Shown: positions 26,618 through 34,716, numbered from the stretch's first letter. The stretch: DNA of 64,000 nt from Nocardioides sp. (GCF_035503875.1 NZ_DATJTA010000022.1:12607-76606); one strand, 5' to 3'. The notes: generated by a model not told the origin, from the sequence alone. A program made the numbers and translations.

Positions 26618-27378
26618 GCACGGCCCTCGGTCTTGACGAGCTTGGCCGCGACCTCCGGATCGGTGGGGCCGGCGCCGTACGCCGGGCACCAGCGCGCGAC
26701 CGGGCACGCCCCACAGGCCGGCTTCTGGCTGTGGCAGCGGCGCCGGCCGTGCCAGATCAGGTGGTGGCTGAGCATCGTCCAGTCGCGCTTGGGGAACAGC
26801 GCGCCGACGGCGTGCTCGACCTTGACCGGGTCGGTCTCCTCGGTCCAGCCGAAGCGTCGGGCCAGGCGGCCGAAGTGGGTGTCGACGGTGATGCCGGGGA
26901 CGTCGAAGGCGTTGCCGAGCACGACGTTGGCGGTCTTGCGGCCGACGCCGGGCAGCTTGACCAGGTCGGCGAGGCGCGGCGGTACCTGGCCGTCGTGGTC
27001 CTCGACCAGCGCGGCGCTCAGCTTGAGCAGCGACTCGGTCTTGGCGCGGAAGAACCCGAGCGGCCCGACGATGCCCTCCAGCGTCGTGCGGTCGGCGGCC
27101 GCCATCGCCTTCGCGTCGGGGTACGCGGCGAACAGGGTCGGCCGCACCGCGTTGACCCGCTTGTCGGTCGTCTGCGCCGAGAGGACGGTCACGACCAGCA
27201 GCTGGAACGGGTCGTCGAAGTCGAGCTCGCAGCGGGCGTCGGGATAGGTCTCCGCGAGCACCCGGTCGATCTTGCGCGCCCGGCGGACCAGGCTCGTGTC
27301 GGGCTTCACGGGCAGGGGGGTCGCGGGCACGGGTTCAGGGTACGGCGACCCACCGACGGTGCCGTCGTCCCCGCGCAC
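26614..27378 (-). CDS. nth: Endonuclease III
   Basis: HhH-GPD motif LVKLPGVGRKTANVVLG and the 4Fe-4S loop CHSQKPACGACPVARWC. The exact start is uncertain. Confidence 0.9.
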   Translation of the reverse strand: MRGDDGTVGGSPYPEPVPATPLPVKPDTSLVRRARKIDRVLAETYPDARCELDFDDPFQLLVVTVLSAQTTDKRVNAVRPTLFAAYPDAKAMAAADRTTLEGIVGPLGFFRAKTESLLKLSAALVEDHDGQVPPRLADLVKLPGVGRKTANVVLGNAFDVPGITVDTHFGRLARRFGWTEETDPVKVEHAVGALFPKRDWTMLSHHLIWHGRRRCHSQKPACGACPVARWCPAYGAGPTDPEVAAKLVKTEGRA

Positions 27379-27489
27379 CGCCGACTCGCGGCCCCGGTGT
27401 CGCCTGTGAGATAAACCACTGGCTAGGATCTACCGCTGGAACGCCTTTGCGCAGGTGAGGGCCGCCGTACCCGTCAACCAGGAGGACCC

Positions 27490-28167
27490 GTGGACAACGA
27501 CGTACTGCGTCAGGCGCCGCTGTTCAGCGCCCTCGACGACGAGGCCGCCACCGCGCTGCGTGCGTCGATGGCCGAGAACCGGCTGCGGCGCGGCGACGTG
27601 CTGTTCCACGAGGGCGACTCGGGCGACAAGCTCTACATCGTCCTCGACGGCAAGGTGAAGCTCGGCCGCACCTCGTCCGACGGCCGCGAGAACCTGCTCG
27701 CGATCCTCGGCCCCGGCCAGATGTTCGGCGAGCTGTCGCTCTTCGACCCGGGTCCGCGCTCCGCGACCGTCACCGCCGTCACCGACGCCGCCTTCGCCTC
27801 GCTCTCCCACGAGGACCTGCTGCGCTGGCTCGAGGGCCGGCCCGTCGTGGCCCGCGGTCTCCTCGCCCAGCTCGCCGGCCGGCTCCGCAAGGCCAACGAC
27901 GTCGTCGCCGACCTGGTCTTCTCCGACGTCCCCGGCCGCGTCGCCAAGGCGCTGCTCGACCTCGCCGACCGCTTCGGCCGCACCGCCGACGACGGCGTGC
28001 ACGTGCACCACGACCTGACTCAGGAGGAGCTGGCCCAGCTGGTCGGCGCCTCCCGTGAGACGGTCAACAAGGCGCTCGCCGACTTCGCCTCGCGGGGTTG
28101 GCTGCGGCTGGAGCCGCGCTCGGTCGTGATCATGGACGTCGAGCGGTTGGCGCGCCGGGCTCGCTGA
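27490..28167 (+). CDS. crp: Crp/Fnr family cAMP-receptor-type transcriptional regulator
   Basis: GTG start after AGGAGGA. It has a cNMP-binding domain (GDKLYIVLDGKVKL..., FGELSLFD) and the HTH motif SRETVNKALADFASRGW. Confidence 0.9.
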   Translation: MDNDVLRQAPLFSALDDEAATALRASMAENRLRRGDVLFHEGDSGDKLYIVLDGKVKLGRTSSDGRENLLAILGPGQMFGELSLFDPGPRSATVTAVTDAAFASLSHEDLLRWLEGRPVVARGLLAQLAGRLRKANDVVADLVFSDVPGRVAKALLDLADRFGRTADDGVHVHHDLTQEELAQLVGASRETVNKALADFASRGWLRLEPRSVVIMDVERLARRAR

Positions 28168-28254
28168 GGCTCGCGCGGGCGAACCTGTCCGACGGCCGCA
28201 GTTGCGGCCCTGGGACACGCCGCAGCCGTACGGCGACCCACGGGCCGGCGCGAC

Positions 28255-29856
28255 CTAGCGCCAGAACACCCACCACAGCACCGGCAGCGCCGAGGCCGGG
28301 ACCGCGAGTACGCCGATGACCCAGTCGCGGCGGGTGGCGGCGTCCCAGTCGGGGACGGGCTCGCGCTCGGCGACAGCCACGTCGCCCGCTGACGCAACCG
28401 GCTGGGTCCGCGTGCCGGGCTCGCAGAGCAGCGGCAGGCCGCAGTCGCCGGGCTCGCCGACGACCTCGGCGACCGCGAGCGGCTCGCCCTCGCCGGTGAT
28501 GGACGACGCGCGGGTGCCCCACGAGGTGTTGCGCTGGGTCAGCATCGCCCAGTAGATCTGCCAGCTGATCACCGCCGAGTAGGCGAACGCGAAGGCGATG
28601 CCGCCCCACCAGTGCGGGCTGCGCTTCACGCCGGCGTACAGCAGCCCGTAGAGGACGGCGACGACCTGCAGGCCGATCAGGTACAGCCAGGGCGAGCCAC
28701 CGAGGAACACCGGCCGGATCACCAGCAGGTGCAGCGCGACGAGCGGACCGAGGAGCTGGAAGGCGACGCTGGCGTACACGGCGAACGACGCGAGCAGCGG
28801 CCACCGCCAGGCGAAGCGGACGACGTAGAGGGTCTCGCGCAGCCAGGACTTCTTCCAGCGCAGCTGCTGGCGCAGGAAGGCCCGCCACCGGTCGGGCACG
28901 AGCGTCGCGCTGACCGCGGTCGACTGGTAGCGCACCTCGAGCCCGCGGCGCAGCAGCGCGTTGGTGAGCGCGCGGTCGTCGCCGAAGGTCGCCTCCTGGC
29001 CGAGGAAGCGCTGGTTCTCCCACTCGGGGAGGACGTCGAGCAGGTCGGAGCGGCGGTACGCCGAGAAGCAGCCCGACGCGCAGGTGACCGCGCCGTACCG
29101 CGACTCGGCCGCCTTGATGACGCGGAACGCCGCGAAGTAGCGGACCTGCTGCAGCCGGGTGAGCAGGTTGGTGCCGGGGTTCTGGACGTCGGCCTGCCCG
29201 GTCACCGCGCCGACCCGGCCGGCCGCGTCGCCGAGGAACGGCTTGACCAGCTCGCGCAGCGCCTGCGGCTCCAGGACGGAGTCGGAGTCGACGAAGACGA
29301 CCAGGTCGGCGCCGTCGGCGGCGCGTACGGCGGCGGCCATCGCCGCGCGCTTGCCCCGGTTGCGGGAGAACCGGATGCCGTCCAGGAGCGGGTGCCGGAC
29401 CGCGCTGGCGCGGATCCGCGCCCAGGTCTGGTCGGTGGAGCCGTCGTCCACGACGACCACCCGCAGCTTCTCGGCCGGGTAGTCGACCCGGAACAGCGCG
29501 TCGATGGTGTCCTCGACGTGTGCCTCCTCGTTGAACGCGGGCACGGCGATCACCAGCGTCGGGAGGTCGGCGTCGGGCACCGTCGTGCGGTCCGGGCGGT
29601 AGAGCGCGGCGAGCCCCACCCGGGTGAGCAGGTACGCCGCCAGCACGTAGGCGTAGACCCGCAGCACCATGCTCGTCGCCAGCGCGTCGCCGACCTTCAG
29701 CGACAGCACGAAGACGAGCAGCGCGGCGGCGTACCCGACGACGGTCAGCCGCCACAGCACGTGCGCCCCACGGACCCGCCCGGACGACGGCGGCGACGAC
29801 GGCGCGGCCGGCGCCGGGACGGCCGAGGCGACCTCGGGCTCGAGGATGGCGGTCAC
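28255..29856 (-). CDS. Membrane-integrated processive GT2 glycosyltransferase, HAS/NodC/chitin-synthase-like
   Basis: Motifs VVVDDGSTD, FVDSDS, FGDDRALTN and QQLRWKKSWLRE (QxxRW) are flanked by TM segments, plus a roughly 90-aa C-terminal tail. The GTG start overlaps the upstream stop (GTGA). Confidence 0.85.
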   Translation of the reverse strand: MTAILEPEVASAVPAPAAPSSPPSSGRVRGAHVLWRLTVVGYAAALLVFVLSLKVGDALATSMVLRVYAYVLAAYLLTRVGLAALYRPDRTTVPDADLPTLVIAVPAFNEEAHVEDTIDALFRVDYPAEKLRVVVVDDGSTDQTWARIRASAVRHPLLDGIRFSRNRGKRAAMAAAVRAADGADLVVFVDSDSVLEPQALRELVKPFLGDAAGRVGAVTGQADVQNPGTNLLTRLQQVRYFAAFRVIKAAESRYGAVTCASGCFSAYRRSDLLDVLPEWENQRFLGQEATFGDDRALTNALLRRGLEVRYQSTAVSATLVPDRWRAFLRQQLRWKKSWLRETLYVVRFAWRWPLLASFAVYASVAFQLLGPLVALHLLVIRPVFLGGSPWLYLIGLQVVAVLYGLLYAGVKRSPHWWGGIAFAFAYSAVISWQIYWAMLTQRNTSWGTRASSITGEGEPLAVAEVVGEPGDCGLPLLCEPGTRTQPVASAGDVAVAEREPVPDWDAATRRDWVIGVLAVPASALPVLWWVFWR

Positions 29857-31700
29857 GAGGCACTCCCCTGCAGCTCGGCGAGACTCCAGATGCTCTGGTC
29901 CTCGCGGCCCAGCCGCCAGAACCCGAGACTCCAGCCGGCCGACGCGGCGAGCGCGGCACGCTGCTGGATGGTGCGCCGGTCGACGTACCAGAGCACCCGC
30001 TGGGCGCCCGGCGCGACCGGGTCGTCGACGGTCAGGACGTTCTCGGCCGACTCCTCGTCGAAGACGTTCGAGGTGAACTCGCCGAAGGCGGAGACAACCT
30101 GCTGGTGCTCACGCGTGGTAGCAGCGCGGTTCAGGCAGACCCAGTCCACGACGAGGGTGCCCGATCCGGGAACCCCCTCGTACGACGTCCGCGCGCGGGC
30201 GGTGCGCGAGGGCACCGGGCAGACCGGCGCGGTCGGGTACGCCGATCCCGGCCAGGCGATCCGGTCGGTGCGGACCACGGTCTCCGACCAGTCCATCGCG
30301 TACAGGTTGGTGCCGAGCGTCAGCTTCTCGACGAGCTCGGGGCGGTCCGCCAGCAGGTCGTGGTAGTAGTCGACGACCGCGGAGAGCCAGCGCAGGTCGG
30401 CCACCGGGCCGGACTCGCTGGTCGACCAGTGCAGGCCCCAGGCCATCACCCAGAGCTCGTCGGCGGCGGCCAGCAGCCGCGGGTAGTCGAAGAGGTACGC
30501 CCGCGGCCGGACCGTGCTCCGCGAGCCCGAGTCGGAGCAGTAGACCGTCGCTCGGGTGAGCGGGTCGGTCGCGGTGCACCAGTTCGCGGAGACCGCGACG
30601 GAGACCAGGCCGCCGTCGGCGTGCACGAGCTCGGAGATCCGCTCGACGTAGGCGCTGTAGCCGTCGCGGATCGCGTCCCAGCGCTCCTGCTTGGTCAGCG
30701 TGCCGGTGCCGACGGTCGGCATGCTCATCTCGAGGTCGAGGCTGGCGCCGTCGTACCCGCCCTCGCGGACGATGGCGGCGACCTGCTCGGCGCCCCGGTT
30801 GCGACGCACGGGGTCGGTCAGCAGCGCCTCGATGACGCCCGGGTCCTCGGAGTGGAAGCGCGGCATGACGCGCACCCCGCGGTCCTGGAACCAGGTCGTG
30901 AGCGCGGGCCGGCCGGTCCCGGAGACGTCGCCGTGACGGGTCAGCTCGAAGAAGGTCGGGAAGACGCGGTCCAGCTGCCGGTAGTGGCGCTGCGCGTCGG
31001 CGAAGGACGCGTCGTCGGTGGTGAGCACGAACGAGCGGTTGTCGCCGGTCGACTGCGGGGGCAGGGTCGTGGCGACGCGGAGGGTGACCGGCGCCGACAG
31101 GTTGCCCGCGCGGTCGCGGGCCCGGACGGAGAACGTGTACGTCGTGCTGGCGCGCAGGTTGCGGGCGACGTACGCCCTGCCGGTCGCGCCGCCGAGCACG
31201 ACGCCGTCGCGGTAGACGAGGTAGCCGGTGACGCCGACCTTGTCGCGCGCGGGCTTCCAGGCGAGCCCGACCTCGCTGCCGGTGCGGGAGGTGGCGACCA
31301 GCCCGGTGGGCGCGGTCGGCGGGGTCTTGTCGAGGCAGGCGCGGGTACGCAGCCGGGCGCTCGGCGACGGGGTGGAGCGGCGGCCGCGGCGGTCGACGGC
31401 CACGGCGCTCAGGACGTAGGTGCGGCCGCAGGCGAGCGACACCGGCACCCGAGAGGTACGGCGGCTGCGCGCGACCGTCTTGCCGCCCGCCTTGATCCGA
31501 TAGCTGACCCGGCCGGAGCCCTTCGAGCGGCCGAAGTCGACCACGGCGCCGGACTGCGTCACGGTCGCAACGGTGAGCGGACCCGGTCGGGCGGGCCGTG
31601 CGGACCGCGCGGCCTCGGCCGGAGCGGTCAGGCCCGGCAGCAGGCTGACGACGAGGGCGGCGACCACGGAGGCGACCCCGGTGACGGCGAAGGAGGGCAC
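29853..31700 (-). CDS. Secreted protein with two fibronectin type III domains and a GH18-like (chitinase-fold) domain
   Basis: ORF 29853..31904 trimmed to GTG 31700 after AGGAG. It has the signal peptide VPSFAVTGVASVVAALVVSLLPGLTAPAEA and FN3 signatures (PPTAPTGL...YLVYRDG...TYTFSVRARDRAGN). The TIM-barrel-like region carries GGYDGASLDLE, resembling the GH18 motif DGxDxDxE. Confidence 0.7.
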   Translation of the reverse strand: MPSFAVTGVASVVAALVVSLLPGLTAPAEAARSARPARPGPLTVATVTQSGAVVDFGRSKGSGRVSYRIKAGGKTVARSRRTSRVPVSLACGRTYVLSAVAVDRRGRRSTPSPSARLRTRACLDKTPPTAPTGLVATSRTGSEVGLAWKPARDKVGVTGYLVYRDGVVLGGATGRAYVARNLRASTTYTFSVRARDRAGNLSAPVTLRVATTLPPQSTGDNRSFVLTTDDASFADAQRHYRQLDRVFPTFFELTRHGDVSGTGRPALTTWFQDRGVRVMPRFHSEDPGVIEALLTDPVRRNRGAEQVAAIVREGGYDGASLDLEMSMPTVGTGTLTKQERWDAIRDGYSAYVERISELVHADGGLVSVAVSANWCTATDPLTRATVYCSDSGSRSTVRPRAYLFDYPRLLAAADELWVMAWGLHWSTSESGPVADLRWLSAVVDYYHDLLADRPELVEKLTLGTNLYAMDWSETVVRTDRIAWPGSAYPTAPVCPVPSRTARARTSYEGVPGSGTLVVDWVCLNRAATTREHQQVVSAFGEFTSNVFDEESAENVLTVDDPVAPGAQRVLWYVDRRTIQQRAALAASAGWSLGFWRLGREDQSIWSLAELQGSAS

Positions 31701-31722
31701 GAGCGAGCTCCTGGGAGTGGGT

Positions 31723-31752
31723 CTGCCCCGGGGGTTCGCACCCCCGGGGCAG
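31723..31752 (-). terminator. Perfect 13-bp hairpin between the Ig-like repeat gene and the GH18-like gene
   Basis: CTGCCCCGGGGGT-tcgc-ACCCCCGGGGCAG sits in the 74-bp intercistronic gap and could be an attenuator, stabiliser or I-shaped terminator. Confidence 0.45.
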
Positions 31753-31774
31753 CCGGGACGGACGAGTGGGTCGC

Positions 31775-32989
31775 TCAGCGCTTGCGCGCCGGCTTCTTCA
31801 CGTTGACGGTGAACTTGACCGGCTTGCCGGTCGAGACACCGTCGGTCGGCCGCAGGGTGAAGGTGTCCTTGCCGGAGAAGCCCTTCTTGGCGACGTAGGT
31901 CCACTTGCCGCCCTTGGAGACGAGCTTGCCCTTCTTGGGCTTGGCGGCCACGACCACCTTGACGGCGTCACGGTCGCCGTCGGTGCAGGTGAGCTTGAAG
32001 GGGACCTTGGTCGCCTTGGAGCGGCCGGCGGAGCGGGCGCTCAGCTTGACCTTGGCCTTGCAGGACGGGATGGCGTTGGTGACCTGGACGGCGAAGGCGG
32101 CCGGCGCGGAGGCGACGAGGCCGTCGGTCGCGCCGAGGGAGAACACGTCCTTGCCGACGTAGCCCGCGGCCGGGCGGTAGGTGGCCGTGGTGCCGGCGAC
32201 GGTGACGGTGCCGTGCTGGGCCTTCGCCACGACCGACCGGGTCAGCGTGTCGCCGTCGACGTCGACGCAGGAGACCGGGAAGGACACGGCGCGGCCGTGG
32301 GTGGTCCGGACGGCGCCGGGAGCGCACGTCGGCGCGGCGTTGGTCACGGTGACCGCGACGGCGGCCGGCTCGGACAGCAGGTCGCCGTCGGTGGCGACCA
32401 GGGTGAAGGCGTCCGCGCCGGTGTAGCCCGGGGCGGGGGTGTAGACGGCCTTGCCGGCGACGATCGCGACGTTGCCGTGCGCGGCGCCCGTCGTACCCGT
32501 CTGGATCTGCAGGGTGTCGCCGTCGGGGTCGGAGCACACGAGCGGGACGGTCAGGGTGGCGTTGTGCCGGACCGACTGCGGGGCCACGGTCGCGCAGACC
32601 GGCCGGTCGTTCTCGATGGTGACGACGGCGGTGGTGACCGGGCTCTCGGCGAGGTCCTCGACGACCGCCTTGAAGGTGAACGTGTCGGTGCCGACGGCGT
32701 TCGCCTTCGGCTGGTAGGTCACCTCGCCCGTGGCGGCGTCGAGGTCGAAGGTCTCGGCCTTCGTCGGTGCGGAGACCACGACGTACTCGTCGACGGCGTC
32801 GCCGTTCGAGTCCTCGCAGTGCAGCTGGTGGGTGGTCTCCTGGGTGCGGGAGGCCTCGAACTGGGCGGACGAGCAGATGATCGAGTACGACGGGCTGGCC
32901 GCCAGGGCGGGGGTACCCGCGGCGAGCAGACCGAGCACGGTCACGGCGGTGGTGCCGAGTCCGATGCGACGAGCCGAGACTGAAGTCAT
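31775..32989 (-). CDS. Secreted tandem Ig-like/cadherin-like (tandem-95-type) repeat protein
   Basis: This is the tail of ORF 31775..34357, from ATG 32989 after AGGAGAG. It has the signal peptide MTSVSARRIGLGTTAVTVLGLLAAGTPALA. Four repeats of about 90-95 aa follow the pattern C..V....L.V.L.C.D.DGD.L......HG.V......Y.P..GY.G.D.F.....DG. Confidence 0.75.
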   Translation of the reverse strand: MTSVSARRIGLGTTAVTVLGLLAAGTPALAASPSYSIICSSAQFEASRTQETTHQLHCEDSNGDAVDEYVVVSAPTKAETFDLDAATGEVTYQPKANAVGTDTFTFKAVVEDLAESPVTTAVVTIENDRPVCATVAPQSVRHNATLTVPLVCSDPDGDTLQIQTGTTGAAHGNVAIVAGKAVYTPAPGYTGADAFTLVATDGDLLSEPAAVAVTVTNAAPTCAPGAVRTTHGRAVSFPVSCVDVDGDTLTRSVVAKAQHGTVTVAGTTATYRPAAGYVGKDVFSLGATDGLVASAPAAFAVQVTNAIPSCKAKVKLSARSAGRSKATKVPFKLTCTDGDRDAVKVVVAAKPKKGKLVSKGGKWTYVAKKGFSGKDTFTLRPTDGVSTGKPVKFTVNVKKPARKR

Positions 32990-33103
32990 GGGAGTTCTCT
33001 CCTGGGAATGGGGGTTCCCCGGTGTTGTCGGCCCGAGCGGCGTGCGCCTGAGGAGATCGGCGGATTCGCTCAGGACCGGTCCGGCAGGACCGATGCCGTA
33101 GCC

Positions 33104-34417
33104 ATGTCGCAGACCCAGGAGCGTCCCACCGCTGCCGCCGCACCCGTGGCGGCCGGCCCTCGGACCGACAGCGCCACGCTCGGCGTCGTCGGCCTGGGGT
33201 ACGTCGGCCTGCCGACCGCCCTCGCGTACGTCGCGGGCGGCGGGCGGGTCATCGGGTACGACGTCAGCGAGCCGCGGCGTACCGCGATCGCGCACGGCGA
33301 GGTCGACCTGCTCCCCCGCGACCTCGACCGGCTGGCCGCGCTGCAGGGCGACGACCGGCTGGTCGTGACGGGCGACGCCGAGCGGCTCGCCGAGGCCGAC
33401 GCGATCATCGTCTGCGTGCCGACCCCGGTCGACCACCACCTGACCCCCGACCTGACCGCGCTGCGTGCCGCCTGCCGGGTCGTCGTCGAGCGCGCCCGTC
33501 CCGGTCAGCTGCTGGTCCTGACGTCGACGACGTACGTCGGCACCACCCGCGACCTGCTCGACGGCCCGCTGCGCGAGCGCGGTCTGGTGCCCGGCGTGGA
33601 CGTGCACGTGGCGTTCTCGCCCGAGCGCATCGACCCCGCCAACGTCGACTTCCCGGTCGAGGCCACGCCGCGGGTCGTCGGCGGGCTCACTCCGGCCTGC
33701 ACCCGGAGCGCGGCGGACGTGCTGCGTCGTACGGCGCCGGTCGTGCACGAGGTCAGCTCGCCCGAGGTCGCGGAGATGACCAAGCTGCACGAGAACACCT
33801 TCCGCGCGGTCAACATCGCCTACGTCAACGAGATGGCCGACGTGTGCCAGCGCCTCGGCCTCGACGTCACCGAGGTGATCGGGGCGGCGGCGACCAAGCC
33901 GTACGGCTTCATGCCGTTCAACCCCGGCCCCGGCGTCGGCGGGCACTGCATCCCCTGCGACCCGCACTACCTGCTGTGGCAGCTGCGCGCGGACCGGGCC
34001 GAGGCACCGGTCGTGGACGCCACCATGCGCGCCATCGCCGCCCGTCCCGGCCGGGTCGTGCAGCGCGGCCGCGAGGTGCTGGCCGAGGCGGGCATCCCGC
34101 TGGCCGGCGCGCAGGTGCTGGTCGTCGGCGTCTCGTACAAGCCGGGCGTCGCCGACGTCCGCGAGTCCCCCGCGCTGGAGATCATCGAGCGGTTCCGGCG
34201 CGGCGGCGCCGAGGTGTCGTACGTCGACCCGTACGTCGACCACGTCGCCCTCGAGGACGGCCTGCTGGCGGGCACCGACCACCCGTGGCGCCGCGCCTGG
34301 GACCTCGTCCTCGTGCACACCCTGCACCCGGGCGAGGACGTCCACTGGCTCTCCCACGCGAGCCGGGTCCTGGACGCGACGTACCGCCTCCCCACCGGGG
34401 TCGGCACCCGCGTCTGA
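33104..34417 (+). CDS. Nucleotide-sugar dehydrogenase (UDP-glucose/GDP-mannose dehydrogenase family; WbpA/TviB-like branch likely)
   Basis: ORF 33008..34417 trimmed to ATG 33104. It has the Rossmann motif LGVVGLGYVGLPTALA and the catalytic region GPGVGGHCIPCDP. It is divergent from the Ig-like/GH18/GT2 operon. Confidence 0.85.
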   Translation: MSQTQERPTAAAAPVAAGPRTDSATLGVVGLGYVGLPTALAYVAGGGRVIGYDVSEPRRTAIAHGEVDLLPRDLDRLAALQGDDRLVVTGDAERLAEADAIIVCVPTPVDHHLTPDLTALRAACRVVVERARPGQLLVLTSTTYVGTTRDLLDGPLRERGLVPGVDVHVAFSPERIDPANVDFPVEATPRVVGGLTPACTRSAADVLRRTAPVVHEVSSPEVAEMTKLHENTFRAVNIAYVNEMADVCQRLGLDVTEVIGAAATKPYGFMPFNPGPGVGGHCIPCDPHYLLWQLRADRAEAPVVDATMRAIAARPGRVVQRGREVLAEAGIPLAGAQVLVVGVSYKPGVADVRESPALEIIERFRRGGAEVSYVDPYVDHVALEDGLLAGTDHPWRRAWDLVLVHTLHPGEDVHWLSHASRVLDATYRLPTGVGTRV

Positions 34418-34427
34418 CCGTCCCCCG

Positions 34428-34716
34428 CCGGTTGAGGTGCGAAGGACGAAGTCCTGAGCCTCGAAACCCGGCGAGTCAACCGACAGCCTCGATCAGCGCC
34501 ACCTCTCGGCAAGACCGGTTTCGAGGCTCGCTCCGCTCACACCTCAACCAGCGTCGATGACCGCTGGTTGAGGCGCGAAGGACGAAGTCCTGAGCCTCGA
34601 AACCCGCTCCAACCGGCAAGACGGGTTTCGAGGCTCGCTCCGCTCGCACCTCAACCAGCGTCCCTCGACGCTGGTTGAGGTGCGAGGAGCGCTAGCGACG
34701 AGCCTCGAAACCCGGT
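34428..34716. repeat. Repeat cluster E: two full hairpin elements (34428-34553, 34562-34660) plus a left-arm half element (34668-34716) overlapping the 3' end of the MBL hydrolase gene
   Basis: The arms are CGGTTGAGGTGCGAAGGACGAAGTCCTGAGCCTCGAAACCC...GGTTTCGAGGCTCGCTCCGCTC(A/G)CACCTCAACCAGCGT. The half element is ACGCTGGTTGAGGTGCGAGGAGCGCTAGCGACGAGCCTCGAAACCC. Confidence 0.9.

Noticed and set aside
28255-29856. GT2 as a cellulose (BcsA) or PNAG (PgaC) synthase.
   Set aside because: There is no PilZ domain or BcsA-type motif context, and no pgaB-like deacetylase nearby. The GDDRxLTN and QQxRWxKSxxRE blocks look more like HAS/NodC. This is not fully excluded without a phylogeny.
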